64,000 bases of DNA from Squalus acanthias (Eukaryota), in the NCBI GenBank assembly GCA_030390025.1, contig CM059432.1, positions 146,198,001 through 146,262,000 on the forward strand. Direction: 5' to 3'. Below are positions 59,175 to 64,000 of the stretch, piece by piece (position 1 is the first letter of the stretch; every line of letters begins with the position of its first letter). The position numbers and the translations under genes are program-made. The notes below the pieces were generated by a model. It was not told where the DNA came from and made no database searches. It worked only from the letters and a program-made list of their open reading frames with translations.

Positions 59175-62100
59175 ACCCCCTGCAGCCATTTAATCTCCTT
59201 GGAGAGGAAAATAGCTGGGAAAAAAATCCCAGGGCCAATAAGAGGACAAAAAACTCTGGAGAATTTCTCTTCAACCCCCTCACGTGATCGAAATAAGTCG
59301 AGGAGATCACATTGATCATGCGCACGTTCACTGTTAATCCACTTGCCTTTTATATGATGGGATCTCTGCCCAAGCCAAGAACCGATCCAGCTCCCCTCTT
59401 GAAGGCTTGCAGAGAGTCAACACCCACTGCACAAGCTGGCAACGCATTTCAGAAGCTCACTACTCTCTGGGAAAAGAAGAACCTCCTAATATCTAGCCGA
59501 TTTCTACTTTTGCACAGTTTAAATGCACGTCCCCTGGTCCTCCCCAATCTGTCACACTGAAATAATCTTATCAATAAGCAGGCAATCCAGCCCTTTCATT
59601 ATTTTATATACCTCTATCAAGTCCCCTCTAAGTCTACGCTGCTCTACAGTAAGTAGACCCAGCTCTTTAAGCCTATCTGAATATTTAAGTTTCTTTAAGT
59701 TAAGAATCATTCTTGTGGCTCTCCTCTGAACCTTTTCCAAGGCCATTATAACACCCACCATGCAAGGGGACCAAAACTGGGTGCAGTACTCAAGATGCGG
59801 TCTAACCAACGACCTGTATAATGACAGAATGGTGTCCTTTGATGTGGACTGAATTGTTCTCTTAATACAACCAATACCCTGTTAGCATTTGCCATGGCTT
59901 CTCTGCATTGCTCGTGAAGCTTTAATGCTCCATGCACAATAAAACCTAGATCTTTTTCTCTCTGAAACTGCTTTCAGCATTTGTTACCTGTAAATGATAA
60001 GTATATTCTGTGTTGGTCCTACCTACATACGTCACACTGCATTTATCCAGTTTAAACACCGTTTGCCAATGTTTGGCAACATTCCCCTAGAGCAGCAGTT
60101 CCCAACCTGTGGTCCGCGGACCACCAGTGATCCACGAGGGTACTGCAGGTGGTCCGTGAAAAAAAATAATTATGATACTGTAATAATAATATAATCACGT
60201 GTACCTCGTATGTATCATATTCGATATTACATTATTATTCGCAATGTAATATGCTTCATAAACATCCTTGTGATTCTCTGAATTTAAATAGTGTGGCGCT
60301 TTTGCGTGACGTCAATGTGAACCGACGCTCTTAGAAAATTCGATGGTTAGAGCGCGAGAATCAAAAAATGGATCGGTGGCTTTTATCTGGCACGCGTAAG
60401 TGAACTCTCTGCTATGGCCAAAATGACAGTGAGACATCAGCAAATGAAACTCGGCACAACAAAAGTAAGCGAAAAGTGAGGAGAAAATACAGCAGTGAAT
60501 ACTTAAAACTGGGATTTACTTACACTGGAACTGAGAACGAACCGTTACCAGTATGTGTCCTGTGCTATGATGTTCTGTCGAATGAAAGCCTAAAGCCCGC
60601 TAATCTTCGCCATCATCTTGAGACTAAGCATGGGGAATACGTGTCCAAGCCAATTGGAATTTTTTACAACCAGCTCAAAGAATTTCAACAAAGCAAGACA
60701 ATTATGGAATGCACATCTAAAGGCAGTGATAATGCTAAGGCCTCGTACCGGGTAGCTAGGCTCATAGCAAAGACAGGGAAGCCGCACCCAATCGGGGAGG
60801 AGTTGATATCGCCAGCAGCTAAGGAGATGGTGGGTTTTATGCTGGGAGAGGGGGCCTGCAAGCAAATTAACATGATTTCATTGTCAGATAACACAGTTTA
60901 ACGCAGAATTGATGAGATGGCTCAGGACTTGTGTGATCAGCTAATAGCGAGAATGCAAGCGAGTCGTTTTTATGCACTTCAAATGGATGAATCAACGGAC
61001 ATTGCAAACCTTTCAAACCTGATCACCTATGTAAGGTATGAACACAATGGAGAGATACATGAGGACTTTCTCTTTTGTAAATTGTTGCCCACACGCTCAA
61101 CTGCAGAGGCTATTTTTGGAATGTTGAACAGTTTCATTATTGAAAATGGGATTAATTAGTCAAAATGTGATGGACTTGGCACAGATGGGGCCCGTGCGAT
61201 GTTAGGCCAACACAGTGGGGCTGTTGCACGTGTAAGAGCAGTGGCTCCACTAGCATCATCCATTCACTGCAGCATCCATAGGGAGGCATTAGCTGCAAAG
61301 AAAATGCCTGCTGATCTCAAGACCATTTTGGAGGAAGCCGTTAAAACTGTTAATTATATCAAGGCCCGTCCACTGAATTCGCAAATATTTGCAGCTATTT
61401 GTGACGTGATGGGCAGTGATCACCTTCAACTACTTCTGCACACCGAGGTCCGCTGGCTGTCCCGAGGAAAGGTACTCACTCGTCTTTTAGAGTTGCATGA
61501 AGAGGTGAGAATTTTTTTACTGGACTCAAAGTTTGAACTTTCACATCGCTTCGGTGATTTTCAGTGGCTTGTATTGGCTTATATGGCAGATATTTTCGAT
61601 CACTTGAATGGTCTCAATCTGCGTCTTCAGGGAAAATCAGTGACATTCTTTCATGTGCAGGACAAAATAGAAGTGATGATCAAGAAAATAGAGATGTGGG
61701 CCAAACGACTTGAGCAGTCAAATTACGACTCGTTTGCGAATCTGTCTGATTTTTTGGTCACGGCAGAGATGCAGCTTCCAAACAGTGTGAAACATATCAT
61801 CAGAGAGCACCTCCAAAGTTTGAAAATAAACCTACGCAAGTACTTCCCTGTGCCCGACACAAAATTCAACTGGATACGAAATCCCTTTGCGAGCCTTGAT
61901 GATGACATCCTCGCAAGCCTGACCTCGACAGAGCAAGACAGTGCTTTAAAGCAGGATTTTTCTCGGCAATTCTTGACTGACTTTTGGCTGAAAGTTGATT
62001 CGGAATATCCAGCACTGTCCGACAAGGCAGTAAAGTTTGTAATGCCTTTTCCCACAACCTACCTTTGCGAAACTGGATTTTCTGCGCTTGTCGCATTGAA

Positions 62101-62700
62101 GACCAAATATCGAATAAACTTCATGTTGAACCAGATCTCCGATTGAGACTGTCATCGCTGGAACCTGAGATCCAGCGTTTGACGTCTGCAAAACAACTTC
62201 CGCCTTCTCATTAGATAAGTGTTATCTTTTCCCCACTGGTAGGCCTACTGCAGGTAAATGTGCTGTGACGAGTGCAATGCATTTGTGAGTGAGCATAATA
62301 AATGATTAGAAACAACTGTGTTTTTAATACCTGTTGATATATAAGTTTGACTCCCGTCAGCCATAGGCGATGATCAAAATGTTTTAAATAGCTAGTGGTC
62401 CGCAAAAGCTTTTGATGACGATGTAGTGGTCCGCATAAAGGAAGAGGTTGGGAACCGCTGCCCTAGAGCATCTAAATCTTTCGGCAGAAGATTGTACTCC
62501 TCTGCACAAACTTTAGCATCATCTGCAAACTTACCCCCGAACACCACTGTCCAGGTCTTTAGTAAAACAGTGAACAGTAGTGGGCCGAACACCGATCCCT
62601 GCAGGACACCATTAATAACCAACCCCCAGGCTGATCCACAACCGGTGACCTCAACTTTTTGGTTGTGCGATGGGAGCCAATTTCTAACCAAATTCCCACT
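59175..62700 (-). mobile_element. Divergent CR1 fragment interrupted by hAT copy 2
   Basis: GVLQGSVFGPLLF and KFADDAK (62461-62700); RPHLEYCTQFWSP (59552-59809). Confidence 0.85.
60093..62460 (+). mobile_element. hAT (Buster/Charlie-type) DNA transposon, copy 2; transposase pseudogene ~60368-62215
   Basis: TIR CAGCAGTTCCCAACC / GGTTGGGAACCGCTG; perfect 8-bp TSD CCCTAGAG; same motifs as copy 1. Confidence 0.96.
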
Positions 62701-62919
62701 GAGAACACGAGATTCCGACTGCAGCCTATTGATTTCAGTGCCGATCATCAAGTTAAGCTAAAATTAATTGTGTGGTTTGCCTGGAACTCGCCCCATTTGC
62801 AATATTTGATAGTTGAAGTGATACAAGATAAAAAGAAGTCATGCCAAAGAGATGAGCTCGCACCAGGACCAGGCTGCTTGTACCTGCCGTTACGCTATTA
62901 AGAATATCTGCAGGCCAGG

Positions 62920-63140
62920 GTACACCTACCTCGCAATGGCTGATGGTAACTGACTCTACAGTCTGCGGGTCAGCATAGAAGCAGTTTTCCAGCTGTGCCA
63001 TCTGCTGCGAGGAGATCTACAGCCAACCCCCACTACAGAACCTGCAGCAGTCGAGGTCACTTTGTTCCTCCACTGTTTTGTCTGAACCTCCCGCCAGGAT
63101 AGCATAGGGGTCATCTACACTATCAGTCAATTTAATGATG
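62920..63140 (+). pseudogene. Decayed Harbinger transposase N-terminal remnant
   Basis: LRVSIEAVFQLCHLLRGDLQP..AVEVT resembles 47510-47630. Confidence 0.5.
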
Positions 63141-63189
63141 TATGAGACAACTGCCTGATTAATGGTTGAACAGAGCAAATACTTTTACA

Positions 63190-63316
63190 AAAAGCAAAAT
63201 ACTGCGGATGCTGGAAATCTGAAATAAAAATGCTGGAAATGCTCAGCAGGTCAGGCAGCATCCATGGAGAGAGAAACAGAGTTAACGTTTCAGGTCGATG
63301 ACCTCTCGTCAGAACA
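63190..63316 (-). mobile_element. Penelope-like terminus with an intact hammerhead core
   Basis: Minus strand GTT-CTGACGA-GAGGTC ATC GACCT-GAAACGTT-AAC at 63281-63315. Confidence 0.85.
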
Positions 63317-63577
63317 TTTTGATCTCCTTTCTCATTCCATTGTTTTGTATCTGATACATTTTGATGGAGGACAGGCTGGAGACATTAGAAAGTCTACCAA
63401 GATATCAGAAGTGAGAGAGAGACTGGCTCTCAAGACTAGATCGGTCAGGCTATCCTGGTAAAGGCTGTTTGAAATGTTTCAGCAAACCACATGGGTCTCA
63501 TTCACTGCAGTTTGGCCCTGCAGAAGCACCTGAAGATTCAGATCTCACAGGGTCTGCTTTAAAACGGCTAGGTACTG

Positions 63578-64000
63578 TCTTGGATAGAGAACTGGTTGGC
63601 AGACAGGAAGCAAAGAGTTGGAATAAACGGGTCTTTTTCCGAGTGGCAGGCAGTACTAGTGGGGTACCGCAGGGATCGGTGCTAGGACCCCAGCTATTCA
63701 CAATATATATTAATGATCTAGACGAGGGAACTAGATGTAATATCTCCAAGTTTGCAGATGACACAAAGCTGGGTGGGCGTGTGTGCTGTGAGGAGGATGC
63801 AGAGAAACTCCAGTATGATTTGGACAGGTTGGGTGATTGGGCAGATGCATGGCAGATGCAGTATAATGTGGATAAATGCAAGGTTATCCACTTTGGTGGC
63901 AACAACAGGAAGGCAGATTATTATCTGAATGGCAATAGATTGGGAAAAGGGGAAGTGCAACGAGACCTGGGTGTCCTTGTGCACCAGTCGTTGAAGGTAA
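63578..64000 (+). mobile_element. CR1 RT fragment running off the window
   Basis: GVPQGSVLGPQLF, SKFADDTKLGG. Confidence 0.9.

Noticed and set aside
42851..62460. Domesticated ZBED5/SCAND3/FAM200 gene or composite transposon
   Set aside because: Each copy has its own TIRs, TSD and stop codons

Overview
Eukaryotic, repeat-dominated, non-genic or intronic DNA. It is most likely from an elasmobranch (shark/ray), inferred from HE1/V-SINE, Deu-domain SINE and HER1-type CR1 tails recalled from memory. No host-gene exon could be identified. Content: (1) many CR1-clade LINE fragments, including one uninterrupted 460-aa RT frame and one 5' end with ORF1 zinc finger/esterase; (2) L2 fragments; (3) a CR1-group LINE family whose longest copy (52306-55685) starts with a tRNA-like Pol III head, has no ORF1 and is almost free of T4 runs; (4) three SINE types; (5) Penelope-like fragments carrying minimal hammerhead ribozyme motifs, including a palindromic double-hammerhead insert; (6) three solo LTRs with TSDs; (7) two copies of a 2.36-kb Buster-type hAT sharing one nonsense mutation; (8) a PIF/Harbinger community of transposase remnants, three spliced Myb/SANT genes and many MITEs with 3-bp TSDs; (9) minisatellites. 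Most short ORFs in the track are antisense or shifted frames of these repeats. Family names come from motif recognition, not database searches.
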